From assembly GCA_965603825.1 (NCBI GenBank), contig CBFDEM010000025.1:186001-250000 (forward strand): a stretch of DNA of 64,000 nt. The letters run 5' to 3'. The notes below the pieces were generated by a model, which had not been told where the DNA came from, did not search any database, and saw only the letters and a list, made by a program, of their open reading frames with translations. Positions within the stretch are counted from its first letter, which is position 1. Every line of letters begins with the position of its first letter. Positions 22,858 to 35,311 of the stretch are shown here, piece by piece. Position numbers and translations under genes: made by a program. The DNA is from Blepharisma stoltei ATCC 30299. Lineage: Eukaryota > Protista > Ciliophora.

Positions 22858-23370
22858 ATGCATAAAAATAAAATGAAAAATATTCCCACAAACGAAAAAT
22901 TTATTAATGCAGTCTTAGGCACTTATGAGCCAGCCCCCGAGAGACTAAAAACCCCAGATTTCACACCAAGTCATAGAACAGATTTTAGACAAAAGTTTAG
23001 GGCCTCATGGAATGCAAATTCAGAAATCCAAGACGAGAATATGGAAAACCTACTACAAAAGGAAAACGAAATAAGGATAAAAGCCAAGTTTGTTTTATCC
23101 TTAAATCCGATCGAGCTCAGTCCTAATAGATATAAAACATCAAAATTAAACCATTTTAGCGATGCATTGAAATTTAAGAGGAGCCCTTTTGACAGCAAAA
23201 AAAAAATTGGAAAAGATAAAAGGGTACAGAATAAAAATGCAGATCAATTCCACCTACCTTCTTTGAAGAAGATAGTATCCTATAATGCATTAGCTAAATT
23301 AGACTCCATGGATCAGTTAGAGTTGCAGAAGCTTCTTGTGACAAGAAAACAAAGACGAAGCGTGTGTTAA
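22858..23370 (+). CDS. Hypothetical basic protein, 170 aa
   Basis: ATG to TAA ORF flanked by AT-rich spacers; no recognisable domain. Confidence 0.6.
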   Translation: MHKNKMKNIPTNEKFINAVLGTYEPAPERLKTPDFTPSHRTDFRQKFRASWNANSEIQDENMENLLQKENEIRIKAKFVLSLNPIELSPNRYKTSKLNHFSDALKFKRSPFDSKKKIGKDKRVQNKNADQFHLPSLKKIVSYNALAKLDSMDQLELQKLLVTRKQRRSVC

Positions 23371-23602
23371 ATATAAAATATTGTTTTCGATAATTGATAA
23401 CGTTAATTTCCATCAGTATTATAAAAAGAAGAATTTTATGACATTTTAACACTATTCTTTAATTTTAAATGAATATCCCAAAAAGAACAAACAAAAATGA
23501 AATATGATTTATAAATTTTGAAAAATTATTGCATTATTTCTAAGCTTATATCTCAATTAGATATAATGAATTTCAATTATGCAAAAATAATAATCTGCAT
23601 AA

Positions 23603-24311
23603 ATGGTGTGCATAAGGCGTGCTACCGCAGATGATCTCTTGCAAATTCAATACTGCAACCTCATGTGTCTTCCAGAAAACTACAACTTGAAGTACTACTA
23701 TTACCACATTCTCAGCTGGCCTCAGCTTCTTTATGTTGCCGACGATAATGGCAAAATCGTAGGCTACGTGCTTGCAAAAATGTAAAAATTACTCAGGGAG
23801 GACGAAAAAACTGAAGACGACCCAGAGATCCACGGACACATCACTTCTATCAGTGTTTTAAGGCCATATAGAAAGCTTGGACTAGCCACAAAACTGATGC
23901 AAGCTTCTCGTAACATTTAATTCAGACAATTCAATGGTGGAATGCTATGACGCTGAATTTGTATCCCTCCATGTGAGGGTCGGAAATAGGGCAGCTTTTA
24001 CTTTATATTCGAAAACTTTAGGCTATGAAATACATGGCATTGAAGAAAAATATTATGCAGATGGAGAAGATGCCTATGATATGAGAAAATACTTTAAGCC
24101 TCCAAAGGAAAGAACTACTAAAGCGACCTTGAAAAAAAAGCTTAATGCGGAGGATGAGCTTAAACACCAGATGGGGAACCAAGAAGAGGAGGAGCCGAAG
24201 AAAGAAGAAGAGCCAAAGGTAGAGAAAAAAGAAGAAGACAAAGGAGAAGCCAAAGAGGAAGACAAAGGGGAAGGGAAGAAGAAAAAGAGAAATAGAAAGA
24301 AGAAAAAGTAA
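23603..24311 (+). CDS. NAA10: NatA catalytic subunit NAA10/ARD1, 225 aa; join(23603..23781,23797..23909,23926..24311)
   Basis: [66 protein letters not shown]; two tiny introns reconstitute the canonical protein. Confidence 0.95.
23782..23796 (+). other. 15-nt intron
   Basis: gtaaaaattactcag; AT|G restores the conserved LAKMED. Confidence 0.93.
23910..23925 (+). other. 16-nt intron
   Basis: gtaacatttaattcag; C|AC restores the frame between KLMQAS and MVECY. Confidence 0.92.
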
Positions 24312-24538
24312 ATAATCTTTAAGATTAAATAAAAATCGCTTCAGAATTCAATTATCAAAATATAAAAATGCTGGATATAGCAATTTATATAAACCATAAA
24401 TTAATATAGACTTTATTTTTAATCTAACTAAAGAAAATAAAAATTGATAATGCTCCTCTGATATAAAAAAATTGTAAAAATAAGAAAAATATAGAGAAAT
24501 ATAGAGAAAAGAGAAATTTTTTGTGTGATTAGATAAAT

Positions 24539-26221
24539 ATGGAGATTAGATATGATATAAAAACTGCTCTTAATATTCTTCAAATTGCACCTAGATTCCG
24601 AACCGAAGCTGATATCGACAAGCTTGTAAATGTCACCAAAGATTGCGAATTTTTCAGAAAAATCACAGAAGAGCAAAAAAATAACGATGTTCACCGAGCA
24701 TCCTGCCACGCCATGTTCTTAAAAGAATGCAATGAATTTGAATATATCGTCGATTTCGGAAGCAAAGGCGAGGATTTCTTTATCGTGCTCAAAGGTTCTG
24801 TTTCTGTCCAAGTCCCAACCAAAAAAAGGTTTAAAATTAAAAGAGAGTTATTAGACACATTCGAAAGTTATTTTGGGTACAATGTCGGCTACAAATCAGG
24901 AGCTCCCAAAGAAGAGTCCTTTGAGAGACCCAAATCAAGCGAAAAAAAGACACAAAATATTATTGACAACTTTTTGGTGAATAAAGTAAGACCGAGGGCT
25001 ACTAATGAAGAAAAAGTTGAAGCATCTGAGCCAGTCCAAACTGAAGAGAAAAAAATTTCAAAACTTTTCCAAGAAAAAATGATGCAGGAAAAGTTTATAA
25101 TAGAAACTGTTACAAAATTATGGGAAACGAATGATAAAGTTGAAATAGAATTAGAACAATTGCAAGAAGTCAGTGTTTTGCATGAAGGAGCTTCCTTTGG
25201 GGAGCTTTCACTTATTAGTGAGAGGCCAAGAGCTGCATCAATTCAAGCGCTGGAGAAATCGTATTTGGCAGTACTAAATAAAGGCGATTTTAAGAAAATT
25301 CTTGGGGTAGTCACTGAGAGACGAATGAACCAGAAAATCAAATTTTTTCAGTCAATTCCTATGTTTTCTACTTGAACAAAAATTGCATTGATTAAATTCA
25401 GCTATTATTTCGAATTTCAAGTGGTGAAAAATAAACAATATTTATATAAGGAAGGCGATCCTGTTAATTTTGTATATTTTATCAAAAGTGGAGAAGTGCG
25501 ATTAACAAAATTAAATGATGAGGCCTCATTTGAGCAGGCAAAATCACACAAAAATGTTTTAACGAAGAAAAAGTCCTTACAGGTTGTCATAAAAGGAGAA
25601 AATGAAATAGTAGGACTTGATGAAATTATTGATGGAGCTGATAAGAGGATGTTTTCGTGCAGGTGTAATAGCGGAATCGTTGAAGTTTATACTATTACAA
25701 AGGAAGATTTTAAAACAAGAATCCCTTATGTAGATACTTGGGCATTTTTAAAAAACAAAAGAACTCAAGATTTAATAAGAACACAAAATCGCATTGAAGA
25801 GTTAAAAGAAATGGAAGAAATGATGCTAAATCCAGAGCTGCCAAGTATTATAGGGGCACACAAAAGGTCAGTTTCACAAAAAATAATAAAAAAAGATATT
25901 TCTCCGTACAGAACTTCATATAGTAATCTAAAAAGCAAACTCTTATTAGGAAAAACGACGAATAAAGCAAATTTTAGTTTCTATCAAAAGGAGCAATTTA
26001 TACCAAAAATAGCAAGCTGTATACCAAATCCAAGCAATAATTGTACTCCTTCTGTAACTCCCCTAAAAAGAATGTTTAATACATCAGAAAAGAAAAAAAG
26101 AGAAAAGCATAAGCTTAGGACTGGACCTCCTCCAAATTTTTTAAGACTGAAAAGAAAACTGATTTTTGCTAATGAGAAATTGTTCGTGACAGATGAATAT
26201 ATATCGATACCTGAAAGCTAA
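24539..26221 (+). CDS. Tandem cyclic-nucleotide-binding domain protein, 560 aa
   Basis: FFIVLKGSV...GASFGELSLISERPRAASI; second domain LYKEGDPVNFVYFIKSGEV; joined through TGA 25373-25375 (PMFST[W]T). Confidence 0.88.
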
Positions 26222-26558
26222 ATATTCCGATGATAGTCTACAGATAATTAATTCGTAAATAGCGATGATAATTAACTATAAAAAGAAAACTAATCCATAC
26301 AGAAAATACTTATTAAAAGTATATGCTTAGTAATTCTTCAATAATTTTGATTATAAACTGGATTTTGAAGTTATTATTTTTGGTTGTAGTCTTTGAATTT
26401 TTATTTAATGAATTTTTCTATAATTATTTTATAAAATTTAAAAAGCATATTCTACTTGAAAATCTCAAAATAATAGCTTGAAATTTTAAATGAAGTAAAT
26501 GAGTGAATTATAAACATGTAATTTTAGCTAATCATCATTACATAATCAAGACATATAA

Positions 26559-27383
26559 ATGGGGAATAATCTTACCTTACTTAAGCTTTTTGCAGTTTCC
26601 GAGGTTAAAGAAAACAGCCGTGTAGTTATAACAGGTGCCAGTTCTGGAATTGGCAAAGAAATCGCTCTTCAGTACGCAAAGCGAAAATATTCTCTTGTTC
26701 TCGCAGGTCGCCAACTTGATACTTTGCAAGCCATTCAAGAGCAATGCCTAAAGCTCGGCTCTCCCAAAGTCCTAGCAAAGGAAACAGACGTCACCATTGA
26801 ATCCCAATGCAAAGATCTTATTAATTTTTCAGTCGAAAATTTAGATGGGATTGACATATTAGTTTTATGCGCAGGGATTTCAGCTTATCAGCTCTTTGAA
26901 AACGTCTCCGATTTATCTGTATATGAAAAAATAATGCAAACAAATTATTATGGATATTTATATTGCGCATTTCATGGCCTCCCACATCTGAAAAAGTCCA
27001 GAGGACAAATATTAGTGATATCAAGTATTTCTGGAGAAATCGGGCTCCCATTTAGGACTGCTTACTGTGCTTCAAAATTCGCTGTAACTGGGTTCTTTGA
27101 AGCGCTAAGGAGTGAGCTGAACCAAGACGAGCTTGCGATTACCATTGTATGCCCACCATCTGTAAGGACCAATTTAAGGAATAATTCTCTAGTCAAGGTA
27201 GATGGGGATAAAGACAATGAAAATAGGATCAGTGTAGAGAACTGTGTGGCAAATATATTGGCAGCTGCTGACAGAAGAGCAAGGAAAATTTATTTCCCTT
27301 TCAAAGTGTACTTTGCAGCTTATCTGAGACCTTTCCTTCCTGATTTTGTAGACAAGAAATTGAAAAAGGCAGCAAGGCTTTAA
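26559..27383 (+). CDS. Short-chain dehydrogenase/reductase (DHRS7/11beta-HSD-like), 274 aa
   Basis: ITGASSGIG Rossmann motif, ISSISG, YCASK catalytic motif. Confidence 0.93.
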   Translation: MGNNLTLLKLFAVSEVKENSRVVITGASSGIGKEIALQYAKRKYSLVLAGRQLDTLQAIQEQCLKLGSPKVLAKETDVTIESQCKDLINFSVENLDGIDILVLCAGISAYQLFENVSDLSVYEKIMQTNYYGYLYCAFHGLPHLKKSRGQILVISSISGEIGLPFRTAYCASKFAVTGFFEALRSELNQDELAITIVCPPSVRTNLRNNSLVKVDGDKDNENRISVENCVANILAAADRRARKIYFPFKVYFAAYLRPFLPDFVDKKLKKAARL

Positions 27384-27414
27384 TCACACATCAACTTTAA
27401 TTAGATAATTAAAT

Positions 27415-27657
27415 ATGGCTTTGAGTATTTTCTGCCTGATTGAAGCCTGCATTTTGATGCTTAATGCACTAGCTATTCTCAACCCCAAATATTTTTTACG
27501 AAAATACAGCTTGGACTCAATTGAACAATTTGATTTGCCGTCGGCGCCATGGAAAAAGCAGCTGGCTTTTTTGCTTTACTCGGCAAGGACATATGGAAGG
27601 GTTCCTTTGATTTTCTTTAACTTGATGATCATATCTCTGGAACTGCTTATAGGCTAA
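27415..27657 (+). CDS. Yos1/IER3IP1-like ER-Golgi transport protein, 80 aa
   Basis: EACILMLNALAILN..FL and C-terminal RT...RVPLIFFN...LELLIG match the Yos1 pattern. Confidence 0.82.
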   Translation: MALSIFCLIEACILMLNALAILNPKYFLRKYSLDSIEQFDLPSAPWKKQLAFLLYSARTYGRVPLIFFNLMIISLELLIG

Positions 27658-27702
27658 CTAATAATCTTTTTCTTAACCTGACTCAGATAGAGAATAATTA
27701 AT

Positions 27703-30348
27703 ATGGAAGAAGCTAAAGAAACTAGGAAATCCTACCAAATCCGTGCCTTATTTAGAAAGTCTGCCGTGATGCAGCTGAGACAGAAAGGCACCAACTTTTG
27801 CCAAATTATCACCCCAATTTTTTGTCTGTTGTTAGTCTATCTGATGAAAGAAATTGCCCAAAGCCAAATCAAGGATACAAATGATGCGGTAATTCTGGAA
27901 ACAGTCCCTCGAATTCTGAACCCTCCACTTGTCCCTAATTATTTGTTATACAACCTAATAGGGCTGAAAATAGACGATTGCGAACAGTGATATTATTACG
28001 ATTTTGAAACCAATGACCCAGAAACTCACGAATTTGTAGGGACTCTGACTGGAGAATATTTTGATACAAATAATAGCACCAGCACGGGACTATTAGGACA
28101 GATTCCAAACTACTTTTGCAGAAGCAACGTGAAGCAGAATCCTTATTTCGCCAGACCAGAAAGTACCATAAATCAAGATATTTTTGATACAATAAAGGTT
28201 ATGAACGATAACCCGATCTACAATAAGCAGTCCATATATGGCTCGTTTCTTCCAGACGGAGCTGTGACTTTTTATAGTGCAAATAAGACGAGCTTGAAGT
28301 ATAAAGCACAGATAAATGACCACAGATTCCAAGCTTACCATAGAAATAATGGGGTCACTAAGCTCAATTATCCATCAGGAGGTGTGAATAGCACTGGCTA
28401 TTCCAGCATTTTGACAATCACTGATGGAATGTTGACGCTGATTGACATGATCCACCAAGCGCTATTTAGGTCGCTTTTTAATGATACAGAAATTATGACG
28501 CTGATACAATATATGCCGATTAAGTTTCATGAAACTGCAGAGCTTAATAGGCTGCTTAATATTATGGGGGCAAGCTTATACCCTATTGCGCTTTCACTAT
28601 TATTGCCTGTGTTTATGTATTCAGTAGTGCTTGAAAAAGAAGAAAAGCTGCAGGATTTTATGAAAATGAATGGTATGAGAATTGCGAATTATTGGCTAGT
28701 TAACTTTATTTTTGATTTTATTGTGTATTCGTTGACAATTGTCACTTTTATGATTTTTGGCGTTTTTGTGGTGCAGCTGCAATATTTTACACAGACAAAT
28801 GGGCTTTTAGTAGTAATTGTTCTTGTCGGGTGGGGAATTTCACAAATTTCTTTGGCGTTTTTCATACAAGTTTTCATCAATAAAGCAAGAACAGCGACCA
28901 TTTGGGGTTATTTGCTTTCAATATGAACAGTGTTATGGGGGATCACTTTAAATTTAGCAGTATATCCAATTCCACAAAGACTCCCAGGCTATCTCTTCAT
29001 GTATCCCCACTTTGCAATGACCCGCGCAATTTATATCCTCAGCTACAACTGTGGTTATTACAAATGTGTAGAAGAATTCAGCGAAGTCGACGACGAGCTA
29101 AAAGACTGCATTGTTTCTTTATATGTAGCTGGGACTGTTATTTTGATCATTGCTTTATATCTAAACGAAATTGTCCCTAGAGAATTTGGAGTAGCCAAGC
29201 ATCCTCTATTTTTCTTGAAAAGAAAAAAGCCAATTGAAAGAAACCCTAATTTATTAGAAAGCAGTGACGAAATTGGAGATGTTTATGCAACAGAATTAAT
29301 AGATGAAGACCAACAGGTTAAAGAAGAAAGACATTTGGTCTATAATCTGCAAGGATCTTATTCTGCTTACCCATTAGTTGTAAAAGATATCAGAAAAATT
29401 TATAAAGGAAAAGCAGGGAGACCTGATAAAATTGCTGTAAAAAGGATGTGTCTGAAAATAAATGAGGGGGAGCTGTTTGGGCTGTTAGGACCAAATGGGG
29501 CTGGAAAAACTACACTGATTAGCATGCTTACTGGACTGTATAAGCCAGATGGCGGAAATGCATGGATAGGAGGTTTTGATATTATTAATGAGTTAGACCA
29601 GGTCCAGCTAGTTATGGGTGTATGTCCACAGTTTGATATTTTATGGCCAGAATTGACAGTTTATGAGCACTTATTATTTTATGCGCGTCTCAAAGGAATT
29701 CCACCATCAGACGAGCACAATAGAGTGCAGCTCGCAATGAAAGATGTGTATTTGACTCAGTTCAAAAACTTAAAAACCAATGAACTATCAGGAGGCATGA
29801 GACGTCGTCTGTCAGTTGCTATTTCTCTAGTAGGAAATCCAAAAATTGTATTTTTAGATGAGCCTACCACTGGCTTAGACCCAGAAAACAGAAGGCAGCT
29901 TTGGGATATTTTGGCGAATTGCAAAGAAGGGAAAGCAATGGTATTAACGACCCATTCTATGGAAGAAGCTGATGTATTGTGCTCAAGAATAGCTATCGTC
30001 AATGAAGGAGTTTTAAGATGTATTGGCCCACAAGTTGTTCTTAAATCTTTATATGGAGGTGGATATCACTTGTTTATTAATTGCCAGAAGCCTAGTCATC
30101 ATTCTAGTGAAGACCAAGAAGAAATCGTAGATCAAGTCAAAGACTTCGTGAAAAATGTTTTGCCTGCTGCAATAATTTTATCTGAGTTTAATGGGAACCT
30201 TATTTATCAAATACCACTAGGATGCTGTAAGGTTTCGTCTATATTCAGTGAATTTGAGCAGAACAAGCTTAAAATTGGGATTGCTGATTGGGGGATATCT
30301 CAGTCATCATTAGAAGATGTGTTTATGAGAGTAATTGGTGCAGATTAA
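27703..30348 (+). CDS. ABCA-subfamily half transporter (TMD plus one NBD), 881 aa
   Basis: VLEKEEKL..FMKMNGM, Walker A GPNGAGKTT, CPQFDILW, LSGGMRRRL, LDEPTTGLDP, TTHSMEEAD, SSLEDVF; joined through TGA 27988 and 28924. Confidence 0.93.
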
Positions 30349-30929
30349 AAATTATTTAGAAATTAAAAAATGTTTATGCAAGAGTTGATAAATTTAAACA
30401 TGGCTAGCTAATTTGTGATTGGAAAAATTGTTGTATAAAATATTTAAAATTTCTATACATATTTCCATATTTCTTTCTAATAAATTTCAGGATCTTAATT
30501 GAATTTCTTAAAGGAAATGCCAGTTAATTTAATTAAATTATTTTAAGTGTCTTTTAAATTGCTTTCTTCTTAATTCTTTGCTAAAATAAAAATCAAGGCT
30601 ATAAACAAGACCATGACCAACGAATTACAATTAAATGAGACAAATTAGATATTTTCCATCAAAGAAATGCTTTAAAGAATCAGAGATGTGTTATAATTAC
30701 TAAATAAATATCCTAGCAAAGTCTTTCCTGAGCAGAATTCTCAGCTTGCTTGAATTTTCAACAATGTTCAAACACCTTTTTTATCCCCAAAAATTGGCGC
30801 CTAAAAGTTTCCCATTAGCTTCTGATTCCTCTTTAATCAAGACAGGGCCAAAAAATTGACAGAAAATGAGATGCCTTAGAATTTCGTCAGAGAGCTATCT
30901 TACATTTTTCACCAGAAATTATATTTAAA

Positions 30930-33900
30930 ATGGACCCTGGATCAGCAGAACATAGCGATGTGGATATGGAGTCAGTTCAAGCCCTTTCGAATATTGGAAA
31001 TCAGCGGTTTTCGTATAATGAGCTAAAATCTATTGACGTGCCCATAAAAGGGCCAGATTTAGATAAGCCAAACTATTCTGATATAGAAAGCTTAGCTGAA
31101 GACAACGATGATGGCCACATGATCGAGTCTTCAGAAGAAGACGTCCCAATCCAAACTTTTCATGAGCCAAACTTGACTGATTATGAAGTTCCTTTATTTA
31201 CCAAAACTTCTGGAGAGACTATTTTAAAGCTAACTGAGTTATACACCCCATTGAAATCAACGCAGTCTGTATTCGACAAATTGCACTTGCTCGAACGTGT
31301 TTGCAAGACCTCAAGCTCCATGACAGATTATTACGACTACATTAGGAGTCTGAGGGAGTACAAAACACAGCTTAAAGAGCTATATTCGAAGGTAAGACTT
31401 GAAGAAATCACTGGGGCAGAAAAAGAGCCGGTTTACTCATTAGCCAAGCCTATTGAAGACTACCAAAAAAGATATTTAGTAAAAAGATTGAAGGAAATTG
31501 ATAGAGAAATCAAGGAGCTCGAAATAGAAAAAAAAGCCCAGGAAAAAAAGTCAATAAATATTAATTTTCCAAAAAATTCGTTCATTGAAATAAAGCAAAA
31601 GGATTTTACAAAAGAAATTGTTTGGAGTGGTCCAGAAAAAGTCTCAAGAAAAAAGGGGCGGGAAAAAGTCGCGAAGATTATAGAAAATAATGATGTTTTT
31701 AAGGTGGAAAAGCAATTGGCACAGAAGTCAAAGAATTTGTTGTATGTAAACTATAATGAAAGTGAAGGACCATATTTAAAAAAATCAGTTGCTTTCCAGC
31801 CGAGGGATTTATTAGGAGCTGCATTGGCAAGCTTGCCTATGAAGCGGGCTCCAGATCCTTACTTATTTAGTAAACAGATGGTAACTTTCGGATTTGCCCG
31901 AAAAAAAGCTAAGCCTGGAAAGTTGGAATTTTCACATTTACCAAAAAAAGAGTCACAACAAGATGGAAAGCACTGGGGAGAAGTCTCAAAACCCATAGAT
32001 GAAAACCAGCATGATTCCGATTTTCGTCTCAATACTTCTATTAAGCTATTTGAAAATTCTTCCAATTTTCAGCTCTCCATGATTCCCACAAATGTCAATC
32101 CATTCTTCAAAAAAAATGACTGAGAAAAACTAGTCTTTTTGGACTCAAATGGAGAAATTTTCCAGACATTAAAAGAAGAGTACGGAAAATTGGTTTATAA
32201 CTTGAGTGATCCCCATATGGATTTTTCCATTCAAGAAGAACAAGAAGAAGCCATGGAAGTTGAAGATGGTGACTATATTTCAGACGCAGACTCAGAGCAT
32301 TCAATTGATGAAGTAAAAACTATCCGAAGTGACGATTTTCCAGAATCTCGTGGCCGATTTTCTGAAACCTCTTCAAGAACAGGCAACGTTCTTGGGCTTC
32401 CAAGAGGAGGCATGGAAAATTCTTTTAAGTCTCGCTTTACTATGCTAAAACATGCATTGCCAGCTTATGACTACCCTTTTTCTAAAGTGGAATGAAATAA
32501 AAACGAGCTTCGCAACTTTCATAGGCCTGATCTCTCATTTAGCCTTCCCAAAAATAAATGAAAAGTAAACTTGGTAAGAACACCTCCTTCCAGTCCTGGT
32601 ATGGAAGTAAAAGGTGAAAACATAACAGCACACGCAATATTAAAAGGCCATAAGCAGCTGACGCTAAAAGATGGAGCTTTTGTTGTCACTGAATATATTG
32701 AAAAGCGGCCACCTCTGCTTAATAATTATTCAATGGCTTCAAAAATAAGAAGGTATTATAAAGGAAATAGGCCAATAGAAGAGTATCCAGACTATATTGG
32801 CAGCTTAGGACTTCCAGAAAGCTTGGACAGCAACGAAAATGTGCCTTTAATTGCAAGACTGCAAGAAAGCCAAGGAATTGCAATTTTAGAAAATAACTTG
32901 TATAGAGCCCCTATTTACTTCCACCACTCAAAATCCACTGATTTTATTATGATGAAGTACCCAAAAAAAAGTGGAAAAAGCAAATGGTACCTTCGTCCTA
33001 TAGAATACCTTTACTGTTCAGCGCAGATTGAGCCGAAAATTGAAGTTTTCGCCCCAAATGCAAGAAACACCAATAATTTCCAGCAAAAAAGAATCCAAGC
33101 AATTATATTAAAGTGCCTCATTGACAAAGACAACCGAGCAGATATCCACGAAATCGCTCAAAATTTTCCAGCACACAATGAAAGCATCATCCGCAAGCAG
33201 ATGAAAAATATTTACTGTGAACAAACAAGTGATGGGACCTGAACATGCACAAATCTCCCCAATGAGCAAGAAGTCAAAGATATGATCACTCCAGAAAACA
33301 TGTGCCAATATGAAAGCATGCTCGCAGGACAACGTAGGCTAAAAGACAAAGGCATTAAGACGACTTCTATTGACAAAATCCCTAATGCAATTCAAAAGCT
33401 GAAAAAAGAAATGGGGAATAAAAATATCAATTATTTAGCTGATTATATAGAAGAAGAGCTTACAATCACCCCTTGGAATTTGACAAGTTCATACCTAAAA
33501 ACCAAAAATGAAAAAGGTATGATGAGAATTGTAGGGATCGGAGACCCAACCCATGGCAACTGTGGCTACTCTTTTGTAAGACTTCCTATGAAGCTTCCAA
33601 ATACAGATAAAGCATACTTAAAAAATGACCCCTCAGAGTATCTCCCCACAAATATGACAGTAACTGGGACAAATGCTGATTTGAGAACTCTTACTAAAGA
33701 AGATGTAATAAGAGCTTTGATCAATTTAGGCTGCAAAAAAGAAGAAGTCGAAGGCCTTGGGAGATGGGATGGAGTCGCTAAACTTCGAAGTGTAGCCAGC
33801 AGAAAGGTATCAGAAGGGCACAAAGGGACATTTGATAAGTTTGCAAGAGGCATCAGAATGTCGACAAAAATGCAAAAAGAGCAATGCCAGAAGACCATTG

Positions 33901-35147
33901 ATGAAATTTTTGCAAAACAGGTGAGGATGCTTGGGGAAACAAGGGAATATTATGAAGACAGGAGCAGTGGAAGTGAAGATGAAAAATTAGCAAGGCTGAT
34001 GGCAGATAGTATAAATAAGCCCATTGAAGATGTGGAGAGAAAAAGAATTGACCTTGATGAAGACATTGAAAGAAGTGACATTAAACATCTAGAAAATTTG
34101 AAAACTGCTGCAGGCATGTTTACTGCTTCAAATGAGCCAGAAGAGCCTACAAAGTCTGTTGAGAAGCGCAAAATCCTTAAAAGAATCACTAGAATCCCAA
34201 ATCTCGACGGCACAATTACAGTAAGAACTGAGTTCATAAGTGATGAAAATGAGCTGGAGCAGTTCATCAAAAAGAAAAAAGAAGAGCAAAACAAGCCAAA
34301 AGGTAGCAAAGACCGCAAAAAAACCTATGATACAATTGAACAAAAAATGCTGTTCAGGGTATCTGATCACTCAAAGAAGAAAAAGAAAAAAGAAGAAGAC
34401 CTTGATCAAGAAGCTAAAAAGCGAGAAAAGCAGCTTCTAGAGGAGAAAAAGAAGCTGGAAAAGCAGCAAGAATGGAGCAAAGAATGCATTGAAAAACTGG
34501 AATCAGGACAAGTCCCAGCAACTGGCGGGGCTGGAAAAATCGTTTGTGGAAAATGTGGAATGGTAGGCCACATGAAAACAAACAGAAAAAAGTGTCCAAT
34601 GTTTTTGGAAGAAGCTCAAGATGCGTTTAAAGCTGAAAAAGAAGGTATGGTAAAAATGGAAGGGTCGAAAATCAAGCTTTTTGTAGAAAAGATACAGAAA
34701 GCTGCGCCCAAGAAAAAAGAAGAAAACGCAATTGATGAGTATTCAAGGCCGAAAACAATCCCGTCTAGAAGAAGGCAGTATAAAGAAGACAATCCTTATG
34801 AAGACATTGCCTTTAAGCTCACCAAATTCGATCAGACAAGGCTGTTTATTCATTCAGTCAAAAAAGAAGCTTATCCTGACTATTATGAGTTGATAAAATC
34901 TCCAATTGACTTGTCCACCATGATTTCTAAAGCAAAGCAAGGGAAATACACTACTGCTCAGCTGTTTATTGATGACTTGGAGCTGATGGTGAATAATTCA
35001 GTTCTTTATAATGGTCTATATCATGATGCCACTGAGCAAGCAAGAGAGTTAAAAGAAATCGGCATCAAACTTCTCAAAGAAAAAGAGCTGCTTGTTGAAA
35101 TACCAAAAATTGAAGGAATAGAGGCAGAAAATGCCCCTCAATCCTAA
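30930..35147 (+). CDS. TAF1: TFIID subunit TAF1 (DUF3591/HAT-like core, Zn knuckle, one bromodomain), 1405 aa
   Basis: LRNFHRP, EYIEKRPPLLNNYSMASKI, LENNLYRAPIY, TPENMCQYESM, TPWNLT, GIGDPT..GYSF, TGTNADLR, CGKCGMVGHMKTN..CP, YPDYY...SPIDL...YNG; four track ORFs joined through TGA 32121, 32493, 32559, 33240. Confidence 0.92.
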
Positions 35148-35311
35148 GTAATAACTAGACATCAATTTATATGTACATATTATGGATTAAATGTAATTTA
35201 TTATTTTATTTCTTATAGATTTCATTAATAAAAATAAATATTTAAATTAACTCATAAGATAAATTTATCGGTTTTAGTGATTTAATTATATAGAAAAGAG
35301 TCTATATTAAA

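Noticed and set aside
30600-30900. Slightly GC-richer patch upstream of TAF1
   Set aside because: No sustained ORF, recognisable motif or convincing structure was found
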